64,000 bases of DNA from Candidatus Babeliales bacterium (GCA_050179755.1 JBFXEV010000001.1:1417994-1481993); one strand, 5' to 3'; shown: positions 26,520 to 39,077, counted from the stretch's first letter. Program-made: numbers and translations. Notes: generated from the letters alone by a model not told the origin.

Positions 26520-28361
26520 TTATTCAACAGTCACTGATTTTGCCAAGTTTCTCGGCTTATCAATCGGACAACCAAGTTCTTTTGCAATTTGATACACAAA
26601 GAACTGCATAACGCTCGTCATCACAAGCGGCGCAAGTAATGCATGCACACGCGGTAATACTATCACGCAATCTGCAAGGCCAATCAATTCATCTTGCCCT
26701 TCAAACGCAAATGCTACAATATGCCCTTTACGCGCTTTTACTTCTTGCGCGTTTGATAACAACTTTTGATAAATAAGATCATCAAGTGATGAAAAAATAA
26801 AGATGGGAGTTTCTTCATCCACAAGCGCTATCGGGCCGTGCTTTAATTCGCCAGCAGGATAACACTGTGAAAAAAGATAAGAAATTTCTTTTAATTTAAG
26901 CGATGCTTCCAGCGCAAAGGGATAACTAATATGCCGACCTAAAAAGATAAAGCGTTTATATTGTGCATAACGTGGTGCATAATCGGTAATAATCTGGTGT
27001 TTATATTGTTCAATACTGTTTTCCATAAGCTCACTACACATAATCAATTGTTCAAGAGCTTGCGTCATCTGAACTTCAGTGATCAATTTTTTTTCAACTG
27101 CAATGCGATGACTTAACCAAAATAATGCAGCAAGTTGTGTGGAAAAGGCTTTAGTTGATGCTACGGCAATTTCTTGCCCTGCTTTAGTAAATAATGCACC
27201 ATCTGTTTCCCGCACCATAGAACTTGTTGCCACATTCGTGAGCACTGCAGTAGGCAACTTATATTCTTTAATTTTTCTGAGCACTTGCAACGTATCAGCC
27301 GTTTCACCCGATTGCGATATGGCAAGATAGAGCGATTTACCTTTAGCAAAAAAAGGCATATAACAATATTCAGATGAAAGCGCAACACTGACAGGCAGAT
27401 TGCACACCGATTCAAAAAAAAACTGTGCAATGCGGCCAGCATTCCATGATGTGCCACTGCCTATAAAATGCAATGATTCAAGCTCTTGTATAAACTGCGC
27501 CGTTACACCAAGTTGTTGCCAAATACTATCGGTGCGTGCTTCAAGGTCAGCAATAGTATCGCGAATAGCTCGTTTTTGCTCATAAATCTCTTTGAGCATG
27601 TAATGCTCATACCCCGCTTTGGAGCCGGTATCTGGCATTTTTTCAATTTCTGTCACAGGAATATAAAGAGATTTGCCCTGAAAGTCATACACTTCAAACG
27701 TATCTTTATGCACAATCGCAAACGATTTTTCTGGCAAATAAGCAACCCGGTGCGTATAATCAGCAAATGCAAATATATCTGAAGCAACATATGTTTGCTC
27801 ATTATCCATGCCCACACACAATGGCGAACCTTTGCGCACTGCCACTATAGTATCAGGATGTTGCTGTGCAATAGCCACAAAGGCGTATGCACCTTCAAGT
27901 TGCTGTGCAACTTCGCATACTGCTTTGACTATATCAGTATGCTCACTTAAGGCAGCCTCATAAAGATGTGCAATAAGCTCTGTATCAGTTTGGGAAATAA
28001 TTTTATGGGTAGAGCGCAATTGCTCACGTAAATGATGATGATTTTCAATAATGCCATTATGCACCACACAAATTGAATGCGTGCAATCAACATGCGGGTG
28101 AGCATTTTGCTCTGTTGCAGGCCCGTGGGTTGCCCAACGCGTATGGCCAATGCCTACCGAACCATCAATAGGAGTTGTGGAAACTTTTTCATATAAATTA
28201 GAAAGTGCGCCAGCTGCCCGTACAAGTTGCAAGGAGTTACTTGATTGATCCAGGCAAGCAAACCCTGCCGAATCATAGCCTCGATATTCAAGACGCTCAA
28301 GACCCTTAAGAACAATTGCGCGCGCTAACTTGTTACCAATGTAACCAACCACACTGCACAT
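26520..28361 (-). CDS. glmS: Glutamine--fructose-6-phosphate transaminase
   Basis: N-terminal Cys, LEYRGYDSAG, HTRWATHG, SQSGETAD, KHGP, PRNLAKSVTVE. Confidence 0.98.
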   Translation of the reverse strand: MCSVVGYIGNKLARAIVLKGLERLEYRGYDSAGFACLDQSSNSLQLVRAAGALSNLYEKVSTTPIDGSVGIGHTRWATHGPATEQNAHPHVDCTHSICVVHNGIIENHHHLREQLRSTHKIISQTDTELIAHLYEAALSEHTDIVKAVCEVAQQLEGAYAFVAIAQQHPDTIVAVRKGSPLCVGMDNEQTYVASDIFAFADYTHRVAYLPEKSFAIVHKDTFEVYDFQGKSLYIPVTEIEKMPDTGSKAGYEHYMLKEIYEQKRAIRDTIADLEARTDSIWQQLGVTAQFIQELESLHFIGSGTSWNAGRIAQFFFESVCNLPVSVALSSEYCYMPFFAKGKSLYLAISQSGETADTLQVLRKIKEYKLPTAVLTNVATSSMVRETDGALFTKAGQEIAVASTKAFSTQLAALFWLSHRIAVEKKLITEVQMTQALEQLIMCSELMENSIEQYKHQIITDYAPRYAQYKRFIFLGRHISYPFALEASLKLKEISYLFSQCYPAGELKHGPIALVDEETPIFIFSSLDDLIYQKLLSNAQEVKARKGHIVAFAFEGQDELIGLADCVIVLPRVHALLAPLVMTSVMQFFVYQIAKELGCPIDKPRNLAKSVTVE

Positions 28362-28394
28362 ATGCTCTCCTTTAGGCAGCTTAGCAGTTCTAAT

Positions 28395-28868
28395 TTATCG
28401 TTTAACGAATTGGAATTTACGACGTGCACCACGTTGACCGTATTTTTTACGCTCTTTCAAGCGAGAATCAACAGTCAAGAAACCATGTTGGCGCAATGGC
28501 GAACGTAATGCTTCATCAAATGCAACGAGTGCACGAGCAATACCAAGCTTGGTTGCACCAGCTTGAGAATGCAAACCGCCACCTTCTACATTTGCATAGG
28601 CATCATAATGTGAAACATTCGGGATTACAAGAAGTGGGCTTAATGCTTCTAACCGAGAAAGATCGGTATCAAAATAAGCGCTGTGAGTTTTGCCATTAAC
28701 TACTACTTTTCCGCTTCCTTTACGGAGCCAAACACGCGCAACAGACGATTTACGCCGACCTACTCCATGAGAGAGTGGGACTGACGTTGGTTTCTTAGCC
28801 TTTGGTGCTTTTGCCTTAGTGGCTGTCGCTGGAGCAGCTTTTTGTGTAGCTTTGCGTTCGGTTGCCAT
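28395..28868 (-). CDS. rpsI: 30S ribosomal protein S9 with Ala/Lys-rich N-extension
   Basis: GRRKSSVARV, GGG..SQAGA, KERKKYG..GARRKFQFVKR. Confidence 0.97.
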   Translation of the reverse strand: MATERKATQKAAPATATKAKAPKAKKPTSVPLSHGVGRRKSSVARVWLRKGSGKVVVNGKTHSAYFDTDLSRLEALSPLLVIPNVSHYDAYANVEGGGLHSQAGATKLGIARALVAFDEALRSPLRQHGFLTVDSRLKERKKYGQRGARRKFQFVKR

Positions 28869-28979
28869 ATGAAAGTTTCTTCCTTAACATTTTTTCTATA
28901 ATACGTTTATATCAACGCATTCATTTTAAACTACTCCTGACCTTTTGTCAAAAAAGTGACCGGCCAGGAGCCCTAAATC

Positions 28980-29345
28980 CTATTGATCTTCAAATTTTTC
29001 CTGACAAACAAGGCATCGGGTGGCGTCAGGATAGAGCATAAGCCTTTTTTCAGGGATCGCCCCACCACAATCAGTACAATGGCCATACGTGCCCTCGTCA
29101 ATCATTGCCAAGGCCTTCCTTATGCGGTTATACTCCTCAATTTCAGCGTCTTGTAACGAAATTTTAAGGTTTTCTAAAGATAAAGACTGCACCTGATCCC
29201 CCACATCTTGGCCAAGTTCAAGACCCCCTTTATCTTCATAGAGTTGAGCAAGTTGCTCCTCAAGCTCTGCCTTGCGCTCCAAAAGCTTTTTACGTGCGGC
29301 GTTCAATTGATTTGCATCAAAAGATACCTTTTTTACTTCATTCAC
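28980..29345 (-). CDS. DksA/TraR C4 zinc-finger protein
   Basis: DVGDQ tip motif, GTYGHCTDCG..IPEKRL..P.A.RCLVCQ. Confidence 0.85.
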   Translation of the reverse strand: MNEVKKVSFDANQLNAARKKLLERKAELEEQLAQLYEDKGGLELGQDVGDQVQSLSLENLKISLQDAEIEEYNRIRKALAMIDEGTYGHCTDCGGAIPEKRLMLYPDATRCLVCQEKFEDQ

Positions 29346-29821
29346 TGTTCGACCTTTCTTTTATCTTGAAAGAATTGTTTTAACATGTCTGCTGCCTTCT
29401 TGCCCTCTATTCCCTCAAGCACCATAAATTCATTTTTACGGCTTACTGCTTCAAGCGTAGTTTCTTTAAGCCGAAACCCATATAATGGCGAAGCAGCTCC
29501 AAATACGAGCCCTGCCATGCGCGATAGCTGAATCAAGCTCATACACATAGTGCATGGCTCAAGTGTCACATATATTACGCAATTTATCAAACGCCACGTG
29601 CCTAGCTTTCTGCATGCCTTTTCAATGGCGATAATTTCTGCATGAGCCGTCTGACACTGCTCTTTTTCTACTTTATTATAGCCACGACCTATTACTACGC
29701 CATCTGGACTTACCACAACAGCCCCTACAGGCACTTCTTCAAAATCATATGCTTTTTGAGCCTGCTTTAAGGCCAATTTCATGTAGCGCGTGTGGTCTTG
29801 TGTGGTAAAGTTTTTTAACAT
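29342..29821 (-). CDS. tadA: tRNA adenosine(34) deaminase
   Basis: EVPVGAV, AHAE, VTLEPCTMC, LKQFF. Confidence 0.88.
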   Translation of the reverse strand: MLKNFTTQDHTRYMKLALKQAQKAYDFEEVPVGAVVVSPDGVVIGRGYNKVEKEQCQTAHAEIIAIEKACRKLGTWRLINCVIYVTLEPCTMCMSLIQLSRMAGLVFGAASPLYGFRLKETTLEAVSRKNEFMVLEGIEGKKAADMLKQFFQDKRKVEQ

Positions 29822-29894
29822 AGTATACAAATGGTAGCCCTAGAAAAATTTTGCTTTTTCAAGTATAATGTTAACGGTGAATCAATCAAGATAA

Positions 29895-32366
<2,472 letters not shown>

Positions 32367-32368
32367 GA

Positions 32369-32491
32369 ACCGCTCGCACGAACCCTTCGATACGATTCGC
32401 TTCGCGAATCACTCAGGGTGAGCGGTGTTTTAAAGTATATACATACCGCTCATACTGAGTGTTTTTTGAAGAATGAAAAAAATGTATCATA
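32369..32491. repeat. Two oppositely oriented copies of a palindromic REP-like repeat (CCGCTCA.CCTGAG...TATCGAAGG family)
   Basis: Copy 1 (minus) CCGCTCACCCTGAGTGATTCGCGAAGCGAATCGTATCGAAGG; copy 2 (plus, degenerate) CCGCTCATACTGAGTG...TGTATCATAG. Confidence 0.7.
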
Positions 32492-32516
32492 GTATAAAGC
32501 GGAAAATTAACATTAA

Positions 32517-33494
32517 ATGCAAACATTATTTACTAAAATCCAACAATTTTGTATCGACCACAATCTTATTACTCCTGGTAGTAAGATTGTGGTCGGCTTT
32601 TCTGGCGGCCCAGATTCTATGCTGCTGCTTTATTTCCTTAATTCAATTAAACACACGCACAATCTTTCATTGCTAGCGGTGCATCTTGATCATGGCTGGC
32701 GAGAAAGCTCTGCTTCGGAAGCAGTATTTTGTAAAGAGGTGTGTGATAAATTAGATATTGCATTTCTAAGCGCACGCTTAAACGAATTACCATTACCACC
32801 AGAAAAATTAAAAGGCTCCAAAGAAGAAGTTGGGCGCCATGCGCGCAGATTCTTGCTAGAACAAGTGGCGCATGAACATAACGCAAACTCCATTGCTCTT
32901 GGTCAACATTTTGATGATCAAGAAGAAACCTTCTTTATTCGTCTCATTCGCGGGAGCACGCTCTCTGGCCTTACCGGCATCAAGCCGCAGGAAGGCATGT
33001 ATATCAGACCATTACTTTCATTAATGAAAAAAGAAGTACTCACCCACCTTGATAAACAAGGTATTACCTATATTAAAGATCCAAGCAATGAGCACGATGC
33101 CTATTTACGAAATAAAATTAGAAAATATGTAATTCCTGCATTGCGCCAAGTTGATGATCGCTTTGACCATAATTTCAAGCGCACGCTTACATCTTTGCAA
33201 GAAACAGAAGATTACTTAAAGACGCATACGCAAGAAGTTTTTGATAGAATCGCGCAACATGAACATGATTGCTGGATGCTGCAAAGTGATAAACTGCTTA
33301 CGCTACACCCTTATATGCAACATCGCATTTTATTAATGTGGCTTATTAAAAACAATGTCTCATTTGTGCCAACTGAAAGCTTTTTAGATGAGATCATACG
33401 ATTCATCGAGCAATCGGGAAGTAAAACGCATACGCTCCACGAGCGGTGGTCGATTGTTAAGAAAAAGAATGTAATCTTTATAGAAAAACTATAA
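32517..33494 (+). CDS. tilS: tRNA(Ile)-lysidine synthase
   Basis: SGGPDS, HLDHGWR, H.DDQ.ET, IRPLL, DPSN...YLRNKIR. Confidence 0.95.
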   Translation: MQTLFTKIQQFCIDHNLITPGSKIVVGFSGGPDSMLLLYFLNSIKHTHNLSLLAVHLDHGWRESSASEAVFCKEVCDKLDIAFLSARLNELPLPPEKLKGSKEEVGRHARRFLLEQVAHEHNANSIALGQHFDDQEETFFIRLIRGSTLSGLTGIKPQEGMYIRPLLSLMKKEVLTHLDKQGITYIKDPSNEHDAYLRNKIRKYVIPALRQVDDRFDHNFKRTLTSLQETEDYLKTHTQEVFDRIAQHEHDCWMLQSDKLLTLHPYMQHRILLMWLIKNNVSFVPTESFLDEIIRFIEQSGSKTHTLHERWSIVKKKNVIFIEKL

Positions 33495-33514
33495 CAACAA
33501 AAAAAGGAGCAACA

Positions 33515-33934
33515 ATGAACATACCACTTTTCTTGAAATTATTTATTATAAGCTATCCAATTTTTATTCTTATGGATCTTTTTTGGGTTGCATATTTAAT
33601 GAGCGAAACATATCACAACTATATTGGCTATATGTTCCATATTATTAATGGAGAAATGCAACTTAATAAAATAGCAGCATTTTCAGCGTGGCTATTGATT
33701 GTAGCTGGCGCTATTGCACTTGTATTACCTCAAACAATGGGACGCGGTATCGCTGTTAGTTTGGCTTGGGGTGCCTTCTATGGATTGGTAATCTATGGAT
33801 TCTCTAATCTTAATAATTTAGCAATATTTAAAAACTGGCCGTTAACCATTACTCTTATTGATATTGCCTGGGGCATGTTACTCAATGCAATCTTTATGGT
33901 ATTATTAAATATGTTACATACTTATATACGTTAA
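33515..33934 (+). CDS. DUF2177-family membrane protein (copy 1)
   Basis: D..W...M...Y, GAFYGLVIYG..NL.NLA..KNWP....ID..WG. Confidence 0.8.
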   Translation: MNIPLFLKLFIISYPIFILMDLFWVAYLMSETYHNYIGYMFHIINGEMQLNKIAAFSAWLLIVAGAIALVLPQTMGRGIAVSLAWGAFYGLVIYGFSNLNNLAIFKNWPLTITLIDIAWGMLLNAIFMVLLNMLHTYIR

Positions 33935-33961
33935 TAAGTTTTTAAAAACAAAAGAGGAAAA

Positions 33962-34381
33962 ATGAACGCATCTCATATCATCAAATTATTTGTAATCAGT
34001 TATCCGATATACCTACTAATAGACTTTATTTGGTTTGGTGTATTAATGCAAGACACGTATAAGCATTATCTTGAGCCTATTTCTCGCACAATTGGCCATA
34101 CACTGCAAAGTCGTTGGCCAGCTGCAATAATTGTCTGGGCATTAATTGTTCTTGGTGCAATTATCTTTGTGCTTCCGCGTGCAGTAAACACCGGCCTTGT
34201 ATACAGCTTTTGCTGGGGTGCTTTGTATGGGCTTGTAGTCTATGGCACGTATAATCTAACTAATTATGCTATTCTTGAGCAGTGGCCACTGGCTATTGTG
34301 TTTATTGATAGTGGATGGGGAATGGTGGCAAATGGCATTTTGCTCGTGCTACTAAGATGGTTGAGTAGTTATAATAGTTAG
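33962..34381 (+). CDS. DUF2177-family membrane protein (copy 2)
   Basis: GALYGLVVYGTYNLTNYA..QWP....IDSGWG; same length (139 aa) as copy 1. Confidence 0.85.
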   Translation: MNASHIIKLFVISYPIYLLIDFIWFGVLMQDTYKHYLEPISRTIGHTLQSRWPAAIIVWALIVLGAIIFVLPRAVNTGLVYSFCWGALYGLVVYGTYNLTNYAILEQWPLAIVFIDSGWGMVANGILLVLLRWLSSYNS

Positions 34382-34454
34382 AACAATAAATAGTATTTTT
34401 ACTATCAATGTTGCTTTAGAAAAAATCTTTATCTTTACCATTGATATTCACGAG

Positions 34455-34891
34455 GCCCCTCATGCCGGGGCATGCACATACTCTTTTTTTTAGTAAAAAG
34501 AGTATGCAGAAAACCATAATTAGGGAAGCATCCGCTCCCTAAAACCCTCTCTCCCGGTGTAGACGCCTAATCTCGAATTTCCTTTAATGAAATTCTCACT
34601 CGGCTCCACCGTTTCGTGTAGGAACTACATTATTCAAAAAAATACTTGCCAGTACATCCAGCCCTTACTAACGTAATGACTGACAGGCCAATATAACACA
34701 TTCGAAATGCATAATTTTAAATTGATACAAGAACATCCTTGACCGTTTTGATTTGACTCTTAGAACTTTAAAAAAGTTCGCTGGAGGAAAAGCCAAAACG
34801 CAGGATATACAAGGATGGCTATCCTTGTATGCCCTTTTGAATCAAATGGTTTTTGGCAAAAAAAGCATTTGCCCTGCGCGGGCAGCGCCGC
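34455..34891. repeat. Non-coding multi-hairpin element (MITE-like), copy A
   Basis: Hairpin-rich ends that share motifs and order with 50497-50862. Confidence 0.5.
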
Positions 34892-34935
34892 AAAATAAAA
34901 GATAACAATATGAGTGTACGGCTTGTACAAAAAAA

Positions 34936-35760
34936 TTAATACTTCTCCAATTGCTCAAAAGAAACATACATAGGCAAAGGCATAATGATATGTTCTTTTG
35001 CAAACCGTTCTTGAATCTCAGCTATAATAGTATCTTTTAAATTTTGCCAATTCTTTTGATTAGACCAAACACCAACTTGAATTTTTAATGTTGACTCATT
35101 AAATTCTTCACAAAAAAGTAATGGTTCTTTATCTTTCAAAGAAAACTGATTCGCTTTTGCTACTGCGTGTATCACATCACACACCCTGCGCACATCTTCT
35201 TTATGTGATACCGCAATTTTAAAATCAAATCTTCGCTCTTCAAAATAACTAGTATTCACCACATTGCTTGCAATAATAGTGGCGTGGGGCACGCGCACAA
35301 AGGTGCCATTTGCTTGGCGCAATTTCACTGAAAGTAAATCTATAGAATCTACGGTGCCTGCAACGCCTGCAACTTCAATATAATCACCAATCTTAAATGA
35401 ACTTTCACTAATTAAAAAAAGACCGCTAATAATGTTAGAAACACTAGTTTGAGATGCAAAACCAATTGCGGCAGTAAAAATACCAGCAGCGCCAAGTAGT
35501 GCACCCATTTGGAAATTAAGTGCATGAAGAACTAAGAAAAGTATTATTAACACGCCAGCATAATACAATGCCCGTAATAGCAGCGTGCGCACATGCTCGG
35601 TGCCATGATGCTCTAACGCTCTGCGCGCAAAACGAATGGCAAGCTTTAAGCCAATATACCCAAGCACTAATATTAAAAGTACTTTTATGCCAGTAAATAA
35701 TACTTCTTTATTAAAGACTGTTTCTTGAATAGATGCCCACATTTCTTTTAGATCTAACAT
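34936..35760 (-). CDS. mscS: Small-conductance mechanosensitive channel
   Basis: LLGAAGI..AAIGFASQ..VSNIISG, FKIGD.IEV.G..GTV..I. Confidence 0.9.
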   Translation of the reverse strand: MLDLKEMWASIQETVFNKEVLFTGIKVLLILVLGYIGLKLAIRFARRALEHHGTEHVRTLLLRALYYAGVLIILFLVLHALNFQMGALLGAAGIFTAAIGFASQTSVSNIISGLFLISESSFKIGDYIEVAGVAGTVDSIDLLSVKLRQANGTFVRVPHATIIASNVVNTSYFEERRFDFKIAVSHKEDVRRVCDVIHAVAKANQFSLKDKEPLLFCEEFNESTLKIQVGVWSNQKNWQNLKDTIIAEIQERFAKEHIIMPLPMYVSFEQLEKY

Positions 35761-35779
35761 TGCTCTCTCCTTTTTTTAA

Positions 35780-37087
35780 CTATTTTCTTTTTGTTCCTGA
35801 GCGAGATTTACCACTAGTTCGCGATTTACTTTTACCACCGCCACCAGGCTTAGTTCGCTTAAACGCTGGCTTAGTACTCACTGCGGTTGATTTTTTGCGA
35901 GGTGTTGTGGGCTTTGATCGCGTGCGCGGCTTTGTGTCAATTGCATCAAACCTTGTGCGTGACCGTGTTGGCCGTTCATCATCGCCTTCATTAAACCAAC
36001 TTTCAATATCAAAGCGTTCTGGTTTTTCTTGCCAACTTGCGCGTTCTTGGCGATCTTTATGCGATCGTGTAGGGCGCTTAGGACTATAATCATCTTTTAC
36101 ATGAGAATCTGAACGTCTAAAGCCAGCTTTTGAATCGCTACGTTCTCGCCTAGTTGGTTCTTGTGGCTTTACATCATCTTGATTAAACCACTCTTCGGTC
36201 CCAATAATACGTTCTTTCTTTTTTCTTATATCAGGACGATCAGTACGCTTAAAGCGAGATTTTTTTTCTAAACCCGCACCAAAAGAACGCCCGCTCGGTT
36301 TGCGCTGCTTGTCATTAAACGCTGGTCTTTTTGCACCAGTTCTTGGTTTTCTAGCTTTCTTTGCAGCTTCTTGTGCCATAGTTTTTAATGACGTAATTTC
36401 TTCTTCAGTTAAAGCGCGCCATTTACCAAGAGCAAGACCCTTTTTATTTAGCCCTGCATAATCAATACGATCAAGTTGCCGCACTTCATAACCAAAATGC
36501 TCAAACATGCGCCGTATAATATGCTTTTTACCACTATGAATTTCTATGATGGCAACATATTTTCTTTTACCCGGTACAAGCACCGCGCGATCAGCTCGTG
36601 CCTTACCATCTTTTAGAAAGAGACCTTTAAACATTAATTTTAAATGCTCAGGGTTCACCGGTTTATCAAGAGTAACCATGTACTCTTTTTTCATATTAAA
36701 TCTTGGGTGCGAAAGTTGTTGGGCAAGTTCACCATCATTGGTGAATACCAAAAGGCCAGTAGTATCGCGATCAAGACGCCCTATTGGGAAAATTCGCTCG
36801 CGGGTGGCACCCTTCATAAGCAAAGAAACATCTTCCCGGCCCAAATTATCTTCCATCGTGGTAATAAATCCAGTAGGCTTATTAAGTAAAAAATATACTT
36901 TTTTACCTTCAACAATCTTTTTACCCTCAAGGCGTATATCATCACCAGGTGATACTTCTAACCATGGCTCTTTAATAATTGAACCATTCACAGTTACCTT
37001 ACCTTCTTTAATAAGATCAGTCACGGTACGGCGTGAATGCCCAGCATGAGCTGCCAAATATTTTACTAATGTAGTGGCCTGGGCCAT
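35780..37087 (-). CDS. RsuA/RluB-family pseudouridine synthase with S4 domain and long basic tail
   Basis: SRR...LI..GKVTVNG, LNKPTG, GRLDRDTTGLL.TNDG. Confidence 0.9.
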   Translation of the reverse strand: MAQATTLVKYLAAHAGHSRRTVTDLIKEGKVTVNGSIIKEPWLEVSPGDDIRLEGKKIVEGKKVYFLLNKPTGFITTMEDNLGREDVSLLMKGATRERIFPIGRLDRDTTGLLVFTNDGELAQQLSHPRFNMKKEYMVTLDKPVNPEHLKLMFKGLFLKDGKARADRAVLVPGKRKYVAIIEIHSGKKHIIRRMFEHFGYEVRQLDRIDYAGLNKKGLALGKWRALTEEEITSLKTMAQEAAKKARKPRTGAKRPAFNDKQRKPSGRSFGAGLEKKSRFKRTDRPDIRKKKERIIGTEEWFNQDDVKPQEPTRRERSDSKAGFRRSDSHVKDDYSPKRPTRSHKDRQERASWQEKPERFDIESWFNEGDDERPTRSRTRFDAIDTKPRTRSKPTTPRKKSTAVSTKPAFKRTKPGGGGKSKSRTSGKSRSGTKRK

Positions 37088-37269
37088 AAAAAACTCCATA
37101 AATCAGGTTATCATTTAATTATTAAAAATAGTGTCAAAACAATGCTCTCAGACAAAATTATTCAAATAGAGACAAACAAAAAGAGAATAATTCTATTAAT
37201 AGTTTACTTTATAGCCTACTGTCTATTACACTAGAGGCAGGTGCAGTACTATAGAGAGCAAGGAGCAGC

Positions 37270-38412
37270 ATGCAGCAATACAGAGAACCAGAAAACAAAA
37301 AAATGTTCTTTCTGCTTTCATTGCTTGTGCATTTATTACTGCTTTATCTGTTCTTCTTATGTATATCATATCACAATTCCAATAAAACCGTAGTAGATCC
37401 ACGCTCTGATGCTCAAAAAGACCCTAATCAAGGTTCTTCACAGCCTGCTCCGGCACCCGGCACCCAACCGGATAAACCGCAAGATCCCAAAGAAGAAGAA
37501 AAAAAAGCAAGCCAAGAATTGGCTGAGTTGAAGGCCCGGCAGTCGGCCTTTGGGGCTCCAGTAGTGTTTGAGGACATGCCCGAATCAGTACCAACGCTCG
37601 CCGTGAACAAAGATCACGATGGCCCTGGCGACGAAGAACAGGAGCTTGTGGAAGATCAGCCTGATGCTACCACAAAAAAACAGGAAGCCGTTGTGGTGGC
37701 ACAAAAAGCATCCCCCAAACAACAGGTTGAAAAAGATCTTGCGCTTGCAAAAAATAGAGCATCGCAAGCCAGCGATGGCACCTCGTTTACTGTAAGCGAA
37801 AATCTTCTTCAAGAAACTATTGAAGCACTGGAAAATAAGAACGCTCAGGAACGGCAAGAGCAGATCACCAAAAAACGGACTAGGCGGCGCCGTACGCCCT
37901 CCAAAAAAAGTGACACCACCACCGCACTTAATGAAGGCAATTCACAACGCAGCGCCGGCCCTACTAATAAAAAGTTTACATTTGCCGATCTTGCAAACGG
38001 CTTTCTAGAAAATTTACAAAGTGGCGGCAAAGATGCGATCAACCAACGCGGCAATCCAAACATACGCCCGGGCATTGAACAATTAAAGCAAGCAAGTTAT
38101 CGCGAAAAAATGGCCTGGAATTTGCAAGCTGCTTTCAAACGTGCAGCACGACGAACTAAATTTATCACACCATCCCCAGAATTTAATAGACTCGAATGTA
38201 CGTTCTATATTGCAAAAAGCGGCGAGCTTGAAAAACTTGATGTGCTTTCTGGCACTGGCCACCAAGAACTTGATTCATTTATAGTAACTACAATCAAAGA
38301 CGCGTTTCCGCTACCGCCAATTCCTGATCATTGGGCGCAAGACATGCTTGTGCAAACATGGGTATTTAGAAATATTCAACCAAATGAGAGCTCATACGTA
38401 GTCAACTTCTAA
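37270..38412 (+). CDS. TonB/TolA-like protein (N-terminal TM, long linker, TonB-C domain)
   Basis: SLLVH TM motif; C-terminal F.I.KSG.L....V..GTG..ELD......AFPLPPIP. Confidence 0.7.
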   Translation: MQQYREPENKKMFFLLSLLVHLLLLYLFFLCISYHNSNKTVVDPRSDAQKDPNQGSSQPAPAPGTQPDKPQDPKEEEKKASQELAELKARQSAFGAPVVFEDMPESVPTLAVNKDHDGPGDEEQELVEDQPDATTKKQEAVVVAQKASPKQQVEKDLALAKNRASQASDGTSFTVSENLLQETIEALENKNAQERQEQITKKRTRRRRTPSKKSDTTTALNEGNSQRSAGPTNKKFTFADLANGFLENLQSGGKDAINQRGNPNIRPGIEQLKQASYREKMAWNLQAAFKRAARRTKFITPSPEFNRLECTFYIAKSGELEKLDVLSGTGHQELDSFIVTTIKDAFPLPPIPDHWAQDMLVQTWVFRNIQPNESSYVVNF

Positions 38413-38498
38413 ATTTCACATGAACTCTTTAAGTTCCTCACACACCGTGGTACGCTTAATTAAAAATAGGCGAAGCACGCAAGGATGAGGAGAAAATC

Positions 38499-39077
38499 AT
38501 GAAGCACATGAGCATATTACTGGCACTACTTGGCATCGGCCATCTTTTTGCACAAGAGCCTATTGAAAGCATTAAAACCGTATCTAAAGATATTGAGCTT
38601 AATATTGTTCCTCAATGGCATAACCTCGATCAAAATGAAGAACGCTGTGAAGAATTTGGCGGTGCGTGGATTGAAGCTGGTGTGATTACGCTCAGGAAAA
38701 AAACTCGTGAATCCATCAATATGACACATCTTATTTTAAGTTGGCAAGGTGAAGAACTTGAGCATTTAATTGGTTCGCTCTATCAACGCAAACCTAATAA
38801 AGATTTTATGCCCATTGAACAGAATTTAATATGCGATAGCAATTGGCAACAATCTGGCCAAAAACTTATCTTTAAATTCTTGCAGCCTCTTTCTCTTGAT
38901 GTATTAACTGAATTACGTTTAGTGCTTACCGTTCCGCAAGATATGCAAGACAAACTTAAAAATGGTTCACTTAAAGTAGAAGCAGATTATTTACCGGATC
39001 AAATTAAAGAGATGCTTGAAAATCAAAGTGCTGTTTTGACGTTTAATGAATGCGCAAAAACTAGTGCTTTGTCGTAA
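38499..39077 (+). CDS. Hypothetical secreted protein
   Basis: Signal peptide; GAGGAG RBS. Confidence 0.7.
   Translation: MKHMSILLALLGIGHLFAQEPIESIKTVSKDIELNIVPQWHNLDQNEERCEEFGGAWIEAGVITLRKKTRESINMTHLILSWQGEELEHLIGSLYQRKPNKDFMPIEQNLICDSNWQQSGQKLIFKFLQPLSLDVLTELRLVLTVPQDMQDKLKNGSLKVEADYLPDQIKEMLENQSAVLTFNECAKTSALS

Noticed and set aside
35733..37049. Plus-strand ORFs 35733-36089 and 36546-37049
   Set aside because: Antisense shadows of the pseudouridine synthase gene
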